NCBI GenBank assembly: GCA_019057385.1
Contig: JAHQJS010000004.1
Span: 1,201,068 to 1,265,067, forward strand
DNA length: 64,000 nt
Direction of reading: 5' to 3'
DNA from: Candidatus Borrarchaeum weybense
Lineage (GTDB): Archaea > Asgardarchaeota > Sifarchaeia > Borrarchaeales > Borrarchaeaceae
Made by a program: the position numbers and the translations under genes. A model generated the notes under the pieces. That model saw only the letters and a list, made by a program, of their open reading frames with translations, was not told the origin of the DNA and searched no databases. This document shows, piece by piece, positions 39,807 to 49,875 of the stretch. Numbering within the stretch: the first letter of the stretch is position 1; the number at the start of each line of letters is the position of its first letter.

Positions 39807-40826
39807 ATGAAAGCATGGATAGCAAGGAAACAGGCTAGTATCGAAGAAAAACCAATGGAGTTCACAAATCTCCCAACACCAATTCCAAAAGGAGATGAAA
39901 TAAGGATAAAAATATCAGCCTGCGGTATTTGCAGGACGGACCTACATATTGTTGAGGGCGACCTTCCTTTGAAGAAATCTCCAATTGTTCCAGGACATGA
40001 GGTCGTCGGTGTGGTGGATGAAGTAGGGGATAAGGTTAAGAGGTTTAAAAGCGGAGACAAAGTGGGCGTATCCTGGTTGCATAGCACCTGCAGAAGATGT
40101 AAGTACTGCCTCTCAGGAAGGGAGAATTACTGTCCTGAGTACAAATGCACGGGCTGGCATGTTAACGGCGGTTTCGCGGAATATATGACCATTAGGGAAG
40201 ACTTTGCTCTTTCACTTCAGGGCGTAGATATGGATCCCGAGGACATAGCACCACTCTTATGCCCAGGGGTCGCTGGATATCTTTCCTTTAAACTTGCCTC
40301 CGTCAAGGAGGGTGATAAACTTGGTCTGTACGGGTTTGGGCCAACAGCTTACTATGTCTTAAAGGTTGCTAATTACCTTGGAATAGAATGCTATGTGAGT
40401 ACAAGATCAAAACATAATATAGAATCTGCAAGAAGGGAGGGCGCAGTATGGGCCAACGATACGATGAATGCCAAGATGCCTGAACGGCTAGATGCTGCGA
40501 TACTCTTCCCGCCAGCGGGCAAGTTAGTTGAACCCACGCTTTCTCAGGTCAATCAGGGAGGAAGAGTGATCTTGGCCGCAGTGGACATGTCCCTGATAGA
40601 GATAAATGATTATTCCAATAATCTCTGGGGCAGAGACATCTTCACTCTTTATAATGTGAAGCATTCCGAATCAGAGGAATTCTTAAGACTTGCCACAAAA
40701 ATTGGTATAACTATAGATATCAAGGTATTTCCCTTCGAGAAGTTACAAGACGCCATGATCCAATTGAAGCAAAGGAAGATAAAGGAACCCAATGTAGTCA
40801 TAAAGATGCCGACACCCGAGGGATAA
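39807..40826 (+). CDS. Zinc-dependent alcohol dehydrogenase family protein
   Basis: CGICRTDLH, GHEVVG, CRRCKYC...ENYC, GLYGFG. Confidence 0.9.
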   Translation: MKAWIARKQASIEEKPMEFTNLPTPIPKGDEIRIKISACGICRTDLHIVEGDLPLKKSPIVPGHEVVGVVDEVGDKVKRFKSGDKVGVSWLHSTCRRCKYCLSGRENYCPEYKCTGWHVNGGFAEYMTIREDFALSLQGVDMDPEDIAPLLCPGVAGYLSFKLASVKEGDKLGLYGFGPTAYYVLKVANYLGIECYVSTRSKHNIESARREGAVWANDTMNAKMPERLDAAILFPPAGKLVEPTLSQVNQGGRVILAAVDMSLIEINDYSNNLWGRDIFTLYNVKHSESEEFLRLATKIGITIDIKVFPFEKLQDAMIQLKQRKIKEPNVVIKMPTPEG

Positions 40827-41141
40827 CATTTTTTTGACTATTGTTCAAAATGGTACTAATCCCGAATTTAATCATCCCTTATCTTTAGGAGGCAAATTAG
40901 CGACCAGAAGGCATTAATTGAGTGATGTTTAATCTGTTTTGGATCTGATTTTTAAGTTTTGAAAAGTGATATCGTGCAGCAACTTAATCCAATGTATTTT
41001 TAAATGGAATTACGTGATGAAGGGTACAAAGGTTTGAATTAAATCAACAAAAATCATTGGAGACTCAAACCAGTTTGCATAAGATCTCTTTGTTATTAGG
41101 TCAAGACAAATAGGATTATTAGTACATAAAAAAGGAAATGC

Positions 41142-42389
41142 GTGATTTCTTTGAACTCTACAACAAGTGATGGCGCTCCCTCATTAATATCAATTAATAT
41201 TACAAATTGGCTTTCTTCTTTTGCAGCAATCGTTCCATTTGTTATTATTCCTCTTTATGCGAGGGCTTATCTGGGGGCAACGCTGTTTCAGGCTAGCATA
41301 ATTATAGGAACTTTATTTGGTGTAACTTCAGTGAGTTCGGTAATTATGGGTTCGTTATCAGACGAACTGGGGCGAAGAAAACCCTTTCTTATCGTGAGCA
41401 TGCTCGGATCTGCCATCATTTTTCTTGTGATCCCTCTTTTGGGCAGTTCACTGCACTTGATTTTACTCATGGCTGTTTTTGGCTTTATTTCCGCTGGATT
41501 TGTCCCCTGTATAATGGGGATGGTCTCTGAAATCTCCTCAAAAACTGAAAAAGGGAGAAATTTGGGACTTTTAAACTCGACAACCTCGCTAGGATGGGCC
41601 ATAGGATCCTTTTTGAGCGGTTTAATTGCGGATTTATTTAATTTTACAATGTCTTTTTATTTAGGGAGTTTCCTTGCAGTGCTTACAGTTGTATTAACAA
41701 TATTTTTCTTGAAGGAGACTAAAGCCGATGTTGGTAAAGACCGAGACTTCAAAAAGGCTTTAATCGCGTTAAAAAAACGCTTTAGTTTTTCAACTAGTGG
41801 AGAAGGTGCATATCTCAAAGAAAATGGCTTAAACTGGTTTTATGTCTCTGCATTTTTACGATATAGTGCTTATTGGGGCTCATTTGCACTACTCACAATT
41901 TTCTTTGCGTCATTGGTCTCAACGACGTGGGTGGGTATACTACTGCTGATTAATATGGGTCTCCAGGGTTTATTGATGACTCCTGTAGGAAAGTTGTCGG
42001 ATGAAAGGCTAGGTAGAAAGCCTATTATTCTATTCGGTCTATTTGGCACGACTGTCGTACTTTCCCTTTATGCGTTATCTTACAGTCTCTATTTGCTAAT
42101 TATAGCCCAAACTCTTAATGCATTTGTGTTTGCATGTATTTATACTGGAGGTAGTGCTTTTGTATCAGATATCTCACCGAAGGGTAAGCATAATGAGGCT
42201 ATGGGTTATTTAAATTCTAGCATTACTCTCGGAGCAGTAACTGGGACAATTATAGCGGGCTTTATTGCTGAAATGTTCGGTTTAAGGAACATGTTCTTTA
42301 TCTTAGCAGTTTTGCCTGTTATTGGTGCTATAGTCGTTCTTTTGAAAGTTAACGAAACTATTTTGATAACTGAAACTTTGAAAGACTAA
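41142..42389 (+). CDS. MFS transporter (paralog of 36929-38149)
   Basis: GSLSDELGRRK; shares RYSAYWGSFALL and HNEAMGYLNS with the paralog. Confidence 0.9.
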   Translation: MISLNSTTSDGAPSLISINITNWLSSFAAIVPFVIIPLYARAYLGATLFQASIIIGTLFGVTSVSSVIMGSLSDELGRRKPFLIVSMLGSAIIFLVIPLLGSSLHLILLMAVFGFISAGFVPCIMGMVSEISSKTEKGRNLGLLNSTTSLGWAIGSFLSGLIADLFNFTMSFYLGSFLAVLTVVLTIFFLKETKADVGKDRDFKKALIALKKRFSFSTSGEGAYLKENGLNWFYVSAFLRYSAYWGSFALLTIFFASLVSTTWVGILLLINMGLQGLLMTPVGKLSDERLGRKPIILFGLFGTTVVLSLYALSYSLYLLIIAQTLNAFVFACIYTGGSAFVSDISPKGKHNEAMGYLNSSITLGAVTGTIIAGFIAEMFGLRNMFFILAVLPVIGAIVVLLKVNETILITETLKD

Positions 42390-42490
42390 TCCTTTTGATT
42401 TTAACTTTTTCACTTGTAAGAAAGGCATTTCTTCACCGAATTAGTTAAATGTAGGAAGAATCTAAGGACTATCAAAAAGGTGGCGGAATT

Positions 42491-43699
42491 ATGATTACTT
42501 TAGAAAATTATCGAGAAATTGTCGGCGACACAGTAATCTCCGAGATTTATAAAAAAGCTAGAAGACTTTATGGGAAGCACGTCGTACATATCAACTCGAC
42601 ATACGCAGGCGGGGGAGTAGCAGAAATGCTTGACTCCTTGGTACCTTTAATGAATGATGTTGGTTTAGAGGTAGGCTGGAGAATATTACATGGAAATCCT
42701 GATTTTTTTATAACCACAAAGAAATTTCATAACGCGCTTCAGGGAGAGGATATTAATTTTACTGAAATGAAACAACATGTGTACACTAAAGCTAATGAGG
42801 ATTTCTCTGTATTTACACACATAGATCATGATTGTGTAATTATACATGATCCACAGCCTCTGTCTCTTATAAAATATTATAAGAAAAGGCAGCCATGGGT
42901 TTGGAGATGTCATGTTGATCTGTCGAATCCTAATCAAGAGGTCTGGAATTATCTTAAGAACTTCATTCTAAGGTATGATTTGGTTATTGTTTCAAATAAG
43001 AAATACACAAAAGACGATTTACCAGTAGAACAGAAGATTGTACATCCCACCATTGATCCACTTTCTTCAAAAAATAAAGAACTCGATGATGAAACCATCG
43101 AGAAGTACATCACAAAATTCGACATACCCACTGATAAACCGCTCATAACACAGGTATCCAGATTCGATAAATGGAAAAACCCGGAAGGGGCAATAGATGT
43201 CCTCCGGCGTGTCTGGGATAAAATAGATTGTAGATTAGTCTTATGCGGAAGTATGGCAGCAGATGACCCAGAAGGTTATCAAATTTATGAGAACGTAAAA
43301 CAAAAGGCAGAAGATTTGGTTGAAAATAGGGATGTTATTCTCATAACTAGCGAAAATAATATTCTAGTAAATGCATTACAGCGACGTTCCGATGTTGTAC
43401 TACAAACCTCGATAAAAGAAGGCTTTGGACTTTCAGTAACTGAAGCTCTATGGAAGGAAACACCTGTTGTGGCTTCTAACGTTGGAGGAATCCCATTACA
43501 AGTAATTGATGGGGAAACTGGTTTTTTGGTAGATCCCCATGATACAGGAAGCTTTGCAGAAAAAGTTATAAGACTATTACAAGAGCCCGATTTAGCAGAA
43601 AAAATGGGTAAAAAAGGTAAAGAGCATATTAGAAGAAACTTTCTCATAACACGGCTTTTATCGGATTACTTGAGCGTTTTGAACGATATCATACATTGA
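42491..43699 (+). CDS. treT: Trehalose glycosyltransferring synthase TreT (second copy)
   Basis: NSTYAGGGVAEML, HDPQP, QVSRFDKWK, EGFGLSVTEALWK. Confidence 0.9.
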   Translation: MITLENYREIVGDTVISEIYKKARRLYGKHVVHINSTYAGGGVAEMLDSLVPLMNDVGLEVGWRILHGNPDFFITTKKFHNALQGEDINFTEMKQHVYTKANEDFSVFTHIDHDCVIIHDPQPLSLIKYYKKRQPWVWRCHVDLSNPNQEVWNYLKNFILRYDLVIVSNKKYTKDDLPVEQKIVHPTIDPLSSKNKELDDETIEKYITKFDIPTDKPLITQVSRFDKWKNPEGAIDVLRRVWDKIDCRLVLCGSMAADDPEGYQIYENVKQKAEDLVENRDVILITSENNILVNALQRRSDVVLQTSIKEGFGLSVTEALWKETPVVASNVGGIPLQVIDGETGFLVDPHDTGSFAEKVIRLLQEPDLAEKMGKKGKEHIRRNFLITRLLSDYLSVLNDIIH

Positions 43700-43912
43700 G
43701 TAGCTCACTACTCTACAGTTCAGAGATTCAAGAGACAGTCTCTCATCATTATCTTCAAGGAATTAGTGATAAATTCATTCTATTTTCTATAACTTTATTT
43801 TTCTCAATGTGTGACGTCCTTATTGACTTTCTACCCATTTTCGCAACATTTATAAACTTCGCCGAAGAAATTGCGCTTTCAATTAACTTTTATCGCGAAA
43901 GGTGAACTCGAA

Positions 43913-45055
43913 ATGGAAAGTGAAATAACAAAATACCTATCTGAAACAATTGGTGAGCGACTTGCAGGATCTGAAGCTGATCGAAAAGCAGCAGAGTATA
44001 TCGCAGGGAAAATGAAAGAACTTGGGTTAGAGGTCGAATACCAAAAATTCAAGTTTGTTGGCTGGGAAATAACTCGGAAAGCAAGATTAGAACTATTACA
44101 ACCTGAGCAGAAGGAAATCCTCACAGGGAGTTTAATGTTTAGTGAGAGTACTCCTGAGGGAGGCATTATAGGAAAGATTAAGTACGTCGGAATCCAGTAT
44201 GTAATCCCCAAGCTCTTCGAATGGCCCAAGTATGCCATAGTCGATGACAAGGGAAATCATCTTGGTTACATTTTGGCTCATATAGATGGGCCTGCTATGA
44301 ATTTCGTATTGACTGATATGGGAAAAGATTATGGATGTGCCCCTTACGTTATAGTTGGGCAAGAGATACATACTTATTTTCAAGAAAAATTAGCAGCTGG
44401 CGAAGAAATAAGTGTAAGAATGGATACCGCTGGAAAACATGCGCCAAGTCTTGAAACGCAGAACGTAATCGGTACGCTACGAGGTTCTGCTTTACCAGAT
44501 GAAGAAATAATTGTATGTGGACACTATGATTGTGGTTTTGAATCTCATGGTGCTGATGATAATGCAAGCGGTATAGATGCTATGTTAAGAGCAGCTAAAG
44601 CGCTAGTTGAGAAGGGCGGAACTAAGAAAACAGTGAAATTTGTCGCATTCGGGGCTGAAGAATATCTCCTTTATGGGTCTTATTATTATGCTAAAACATT
44701 AAAAGAACAAGGACAGCTTGCTAGAGTAAAAAATGTTATCAATCTTGATATGGTGGGCTCAGGGGAATTCTTGTGGGTCTGGGTAGCTCCTGAAAGTTTT
44801 AAACAACAAGTTGCCGATGCCTTGGATCAATCTATTAAAGGTGAGTTTGATATCCAATGGAATCTAGAACTCCTCCCCGCAAGTGATCACTGGCCCTTCT
44901 TTGAAGAAGGGGTTCCGTCGGTACACCTCATTTTCTGGCCTTATGAATATCTGCATCAAGAACATGATAGTTACGATAAAATTGAAGTAGATAAAATCGA
45001 AAAGGCAGCAAAAGCGACAACAGCCATAGCTGAACGCCTAGCTGGTGTGAGCTAA
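43913..45055 (+). CDS. M28 family metallopeptidase
   Basis: GHYD, GADDNASG, AEE, NLDMVG, SDH; SD AGGTGA precedes ATG 43913. Confidence 0.9.
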   Translation: MESEITKYLSETIGERLAGSEADRKAAEYIAGKMKELGLEVEYQKFKFVGWEITRKARLELLQPEQKEILTGSLMFSESTPEGGIIGKIKYVGIQYVIPKLFEWPKYAIVDDKGNHLGYILAHIDGPAMNFVLTDMGKDYGCAPYVIVGQEIHTYFQEKLAAGEEISVRMDTAGKHAPSLETQNVIGTLRGSALPDEEIIVCGHYDCGFESHGADDNASGIDAMLRAAKALVEKGGTKKTVKFVAFGAEEYLLYGSYYYAKTLKEQGQLARVKNVINLDMVGSGEFLWVWVAPESFKQQVADALDQSIKGEFDIQWNLELLPASDHWPFFEEGVPSVHLIFWPYEYLHQEHDSYDKIEVDKIEKAAKATTAIAERLAGVS

Positions 45056-45160
45056 GTCGTTTTTTTACTTTTTTTTCCATTTGTAACAAGACTATATTTA
45101 TAATACGTCTTATATGAAAAGAAGATATCACTCTGATATTATTGAGAAGGTGAATTTAAA

Positions 45161-46309
45161 ATGGTAAGTGAAGTAACGAAATACTTATCTGAAACAATTG
45201 GTGAGCGACGGGCAGGAACTGAAGCTGATAAAAAAGCGACAGAATATATTGCTAGGAAAATGAAAGAGATTGGATTAGAAGTAGAGATCCAAAAATTCAA
45301 GTTTCTTGGTTGGGAAATGACTCGAAGACCGATGTTAGAATTAGTAGAACCTCAGCAAAAGGAATTACCCTCAGGCGTTTTTATGTTCAGTGAAAGTACT
45401 CCAGAAGGAGGCATCACGGGGAAATTAGAGTACATCGGGATCATGCCCTTCATACCTAAGCTTTTTGAATGGCCAAAATACGCTGTTGTTGATGACGCTG
45501 GAAATCATCTTGGCTATATCATAGGACATATTGATGGACCAGCTATCAATTTCACACTTATGGAAATCGGGAAGACATATGGATGTGCACCCTATATCAT
45601 GACAGATCAGGAAACCCATGAATATTTTCAGGAGAAACTAGCTGCTGGTGAAGAAATCCGCGTGCGCATAGATACCGCTGGAAAACTTGTACCTGGTCTT
45701 GAGACACAAAACGTAATCGGTACGCTACGAGGTTCTGCTTTACCAGATGAAGAAATAATTGTATGCGCTCATCACGACAGTACTTATGAATCACATGGAG
45801 CTAATGATAACGCAAGCGGTGTAGATGCTGTATTAAGAGTCGCAAAAAATTTAATCGAGAAAGGGGGAACTAAGAAAACAGTGAAATTTATCACCTTTGC
45901 AGCCGAAGAATATCTCTTTTTTGGATCTTACTATTATGTAAAAACACTAAAAGAAAAAGACCCCTCCAGTATTGCTAGAATAAAAAACGTCGTAAACCTG
46001 GATATGGTCGGCGTAGGAGAATATCTATGGGTATGGGTGGCTCCTGACAGTTTTAGACATCAAGTTGACGAGGCTTTGAAAGAGTCCATCAAAGATGAGT
46101 TTGATATTCAATGGAATCCCGAACTCCTTCCTGCGAGTGATCATTGGCCTTTCTTTGAACAAGGTATTCCCTCTGTAATGTTAATTTTCTGGCCTCACGA
46201 ACAATATCATCTCTCGACCGATATGATCACTGAAATTGACGATGATAAAATCGAGAAGACAGCAAAAGCAGCGACAGCTATAGCCGAACGTCTAGCAGGT
46301 GTTAATTAG
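45161..46309 (+). CDS. M28 family metallopeptidase (tandem paralog)
   Basis: AHHDS, GANDNASG, AEE, NLDMVG, SDH, YH. Confidence 0.9.
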   Translation: MVSEVTKYLSETIGERRAGTEADKKATEYIARKMKEIGLEVEIQKFKFLGWEMTRRPMLELVEPQQKELPSGVFMFSESTPEGGITGKLEYIGIMPFIPKLFEWPKYAVVDDAGNHLGYIIGHIDGPAINFTLMEIGKTYGCAPYIMTDQETHEYFQEKLAAGEEIRVRIDTAGKLVPGLETQNVIGTLRGSALPDEEIIVCAHHDSTYESHGANDNASGVDAVLRVAKNLIEKGGTKKTVKFITFAAEEYLFFGSYYYVKTLKEKDPSSIARIKNVVNLDMVGVGEYLWVWVAPDSFRHQVDEALKESIKDEFDIQWNPELLPASDHWPFFEQGIPSVMLIFWPHEQYHLSTDMITEIDDDKIEKTAKAATAIAERLAGVN

Positions 46310-46362
46310 TCTTATTTTAACTTCCTTCTTTTCTATAGTTTAGTCTTATTCTTCTTTTACAC

Positions 46363-48177
46363 TTAGGGATGAAATTTCTTGAAAATGTATGTTGCCACTG
46401 TATCAGAAATTGAGGGAATGCTTTCTAACTCTTCGATAGAAGCAGTCTTTATCTTTTCAAGCGATCCAAAATAAGAAAGTAAATCTTGTTTTCGTTTTTT
46501 TCCAACTCCTGGAATTTCATCGAGTACAGAATGTGTAACTCTTTTTCTTTTGAGTTTTCGATGATAATTTATAGCAAATCTGTGAGCTTCATCTCTGACA
46601 TTCCTTAATAATAGTAATGCTATATTTTCTTCTGGGAGACTTATTGGTTCATCCTTTTCACGAATATAGATTTCTTCATTTTCCTTAGCTAATGCTATGA
46701 TATCAATTTTCTTCAGATCTAAATCATGGATTACCTCAACAGCTGTATGCAAGTGACCTTTTCCACCGTCAATTAGAATTAAGTTTGGCAGGGTTTTTCC
46801 TTCTTTGATAACCCTCTTATATCGACGGTGCACTATTTCTTGCATCATGGCATAATCATCTTGCTGATATACACTCTTGATTTTAAAATGACGATATTCT
46901 GATGGTTTAGGTTTGCCATTGATGAAAACTGCCATTGCGCCTACCGACGCTTCCCCCCTAATATTTGAAATATCAAAAGCCTCTATTCTGTAAGGTAATA
47001 CTTGAAGTCCTAATACGTTCTTTGTTTCTTCAAGTATGCGTTTTGACGTTTCTGACGACTCTTCGATTTTTCCCTGAATCAATTGAATCTGGGCATTTTT
47101 GTTGACCAATTTAACGAGATTTAGTTCATTTTCCTGTTCTGCAACTCGAATGCTTACTGGTCGCTCCTTGTATTTTTGCAACCATTGTTGAATTACTTGA
47201 ACCTCGTCTTTGTCTATATTTTGCGGAAGGATTATTTCGTTGGGGACAGTCTTTCGCATGGCATAGTATTGTTTGATAAACCCGGTCAGTAATTCATTGT
47301 CATCATCTTTGAAAAATCGTAACAAGAAATGTTCATTCCCCATAATTCTTCCTTCTCTAATAAAAAACACCTGTACACCTGCACGTTTTCCTTTTTTCGC
47401 CAATCCGATTATATCTTGATCTACGGTCACGAGATCTGTTGAGACGACTCGTTGTCTTATTTGAATCTTTTTCAAGGCATTTATTTGATTCCGAATATGT
47501 GCGGCAGTTTCAAATTCTAACTTGTCTGAATGAACCTTCATCTTTCTTTCTAATTGAGCAAGAATTTCTTCGAAACGTCCCTCCAAAAAAAGAATCGCTT
47601 GACGAATCATTTCTTGATATTTTTCTTTTGTTACAGACCCATTACACGGAGCAGAACACAACTTTATACTATAATCTAGACAAGGTTTGTATACCTTCTT
47701 TCCCAACTCTAGCGAACAGTTCGCAATCTGGAACAGTTTACGCATAGTTCTAAAGATTTTATTCAGATCCCATAAGCTAGTAAATGGACCAAAATACTGT
47801 GTTCCATCACCTTCATCAACGTCTTTGGCTCGAACAAACAAGATTCTTGGCCATTCTTCATTGACTGTGATTTTAATATAGAGATAACTCTTATCGTCAA
47901 CAAAACGAATATTATAACGCGGTCGATAAATTTTAATGAAATTATTTTCCAAAATAAGTGCTTCTACGTCATTATTTGCTACTACAAAGTCAAAATCCTC
48001 AATTTTTTCGGCAAGCAATCGAATTCTGGGTGATTGAATACTCTTACTGTGGACGTAGTATGCCAGTCTTTTTCTTAGTGAATTAGCCTTCCCCACATAA
48101 AGAACTTTGCCTTTTTTTCCCTTCAGTAAATAAGTTCCAGGAACATCTGGTACCGTTTGAAGTTTGTCTTTTAGCAA
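46363..48177 (-). CDS. uvrC: Excinuclease ABC subunit C
   Basis: GIY-YIG (YVGKA), UVR domain, FDISN, DGGKG, RDEAHRFA, HhH. Confidence 0.96.
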   Translation of the reverse strand: MLKDKLQTVPDVPGTYLLKGKKGKVLYVGKANSLRKRLAYYVHSKSIQSPRIRLLAEKIEDFDFVVANNDVEALILENNFIKIYRPRYNIRFVDDKSYLYIKITVNEEWPRILFVRAKDVDEGDGTQYFGPFTSLWDLNKIFRTMRKLFQIANCSLELGKKVYKPCLDYSIKLCSAPCNGSVTKEKYQEMIRQAILFLEGRFEEILAQLERKMKVHSDKLEFETAAHIRNQINALKKIQIRQRVVSTDLVTVDQDIIGLAKKGKRAGVQVFFIREGRIMGNEHFLLRFFKDDDNELLTGFIKQYYAMRKTVPNEIILPQNIDKDEVQVIQQWLQKYKERPVSIRVAEQENELNLVKLVNKNAQIQLIQGKIEESSETSKRILEETKNVLGLQVLPYRIEAFDISNIRGEASVGAMAVFINGKPKPSEYRHFKIKSVYQQDDYAMMQEIVHRRYKRVIKEGKTLPNLILIDGGKGHLHTAVEVIHDLDLKKIDIIALAKENEEIYIREKDEPISLPEENIALLLLRNVRDEAHRFAINYHRKLKRKRVTHSVLDEIPGVGKKRKQDLLSYFGSLEKIKTASIEELESIPSISDTVATYIFKKFHP

Positions 48178-48210
48178 CGGCTTTCAGCCTCGATAATAAA
48201 TCTTCAATAT

Positions 48211-49215
48211 TCAACTAATTTTTAACACGGCTGCTCCATTAAATCGACTATATTTAAGGTCACTCAGAGCTTGATTTGCATTTTCCAATGAATAAGGGAC
48301 AGTTTCCGTTTTTATTTCGATTTCCTGGGCTATTTTCAAGAATTCGATGGCATCTTGACGTGTAACATTTGCAACGCTCACAATCTTACGCTCATGCCAT
48401 AAAAGATCCCAGGATATCGGCGGAATATCTGATAAATAGATCGCATTTATAGCTAAAGTGCCACCACGATCGAGTTGTTGAAGTATATCCAACACTAAAG
48501 GTCCGGATGGCGCAAATGAGATCGCTCTATCTATTTTTTTAGGAGGTATATCTTTAGAAGTTCCAACCCAAGCAGCATCAAGTTCTTTCGCGTGTTCTTG
48601 ATGTTCTTTTGAGCGAGTGAAGACAAAAACCTCACAATCCCAATGGTTAGCAATCTGAATTACTATATGTGCAGAAGCTCCAAACCCAAACAACCCCAGT
48701 GTTTCGCCAGGTTTTACTTCTGACAGTCTAAGGGACCTATAACCAATGACTCCCGCACACATTAAAGGAGCGGCTTTAATATCATCAAAAGATTCTGGTA
48801 GAAGATAAATATAATCGCTGGGAGCGGTTACAAATTCTGCAAAACCGCCATTCTCACTAAATCCGGTGAATTTGGCATGTGGACATAAGTTTTCTTGGCC
48901 TCGAACGCAATATTTACAAGTTTGGTCAGTAGAATAGAGCCATGCAACACCCACACGGTCTCCTTTCTTAAAATTCTTTACGTTTTCCCCTAATTCATCA
49001 ACGACAGCCACAATTTCATGTCCAGGTACGATAGGTAATTTGGGTAGGGGATCTAATTCACCCTCAACGATGTGTAAATCTGTGTGACACACGCCACAGG
49101 TTTTTAATTTAAGTAATACTTCATCCTCAGATAGTGGTCTTTTAATGGGAATGTCCTCCAATTCGAGTGGCGAGTTTTCGATACTATCAGGCTTTCTAAG
49201 AACCATAGCTTTCAT
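48211..49215 (-). CDS. Zinc-dependent alcohol dehydrogenase family protein
   Basis: CGVCHTDLH, GHEIV, APLMCAG, GLFGFG. Confidence 0.9.
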   Translation of the reverse strand: MKAMVLRKPDSIENSPLELEDIPIKRPLSEDEVLLKLKTCGVCHTDLHIVEGELDPLPKLPIVPGHEIVAVVDELGENVKNFKKGDRVGVAWLYSTDQTCKYCVRGQENLCPHAKFTGFSENGGFAEFVTAPSDYIYLLPESFDDIKAAPLMCAGVIGYRSLRLSEVKPGETLGLFGFGASAHIVIQIANHWDCEVFVFTRSKEHQEHAKELDAAWVGTSKDIPPKKIDRAISFAPSGPLVLDILQQLDRGGTLAINAIYLSDIPPISWDLLWHERKIVSVANVTRQDAIEFLKIAQEIEIKTETVPYSLENANQALSDLKYSRFNGAAVLKIS

Positions 49216-49434
49216 AATCAAAACCACTTGCTTTTCTCTTCAATTATCTTGTTTATCATACTTTCACAGGAATGCTCAATCAGTGTTTGGGATCAATTTA
49301 CTTATAATGATATTCAAGTGAGCAGTAGTCATTTTGTCCCCTCTTCTTGTAGAGATCATAATTTTAAGAAGGGATATGAGCGAAAAAATGGTCACCGAAA
49401 AAATAGGAGAAAAATATATTCAATTTAACCATTA

Positions 49435-49875
49435 TTAAATAGAAAAACTCCATTCACAGCCTTCCATATACGCTGGCGGAAGCCTTATTGGTCTTACTCT
49501 AATATTTGGATTTATTTCCTTCGCAAATGCTATAAAATAAGCTCCACTGACTGGTTCGCAAACGAATCTAGTTCTATCAGCCTTTTTCATTGCTTCAAGA
49601 GTTCGGCAATATTCAATATGAAGAATAGCCTCGCTATCAGTGAGCATCTCATAATGGCATTCTACTTGAAGCATGAATGGTGCACGAATCAATATTTCTA
49701 GAGCCGTTTCAAGTGAACTGTCCTGTACATTGAATAACGATCTCAATCGTTTTGCTTCTTTTCTTCCATATTTTTTCCATACATCAACGTCTATTTTTAA
49801 AGCGCTTTCATAATCAGTCATTTTCTCTGTTGTCAGAAACCATAACGCATCCATAACAAAGAATAAATCACTATA
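49435..49875 (-). pseudogene. 3' part of a DUF6125-like gene interrupted by the tnpB element
   Basis: YSDLFFVMDALWF...C...C...C; joins in frame with 51308-51375. Confidence 0.8.
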
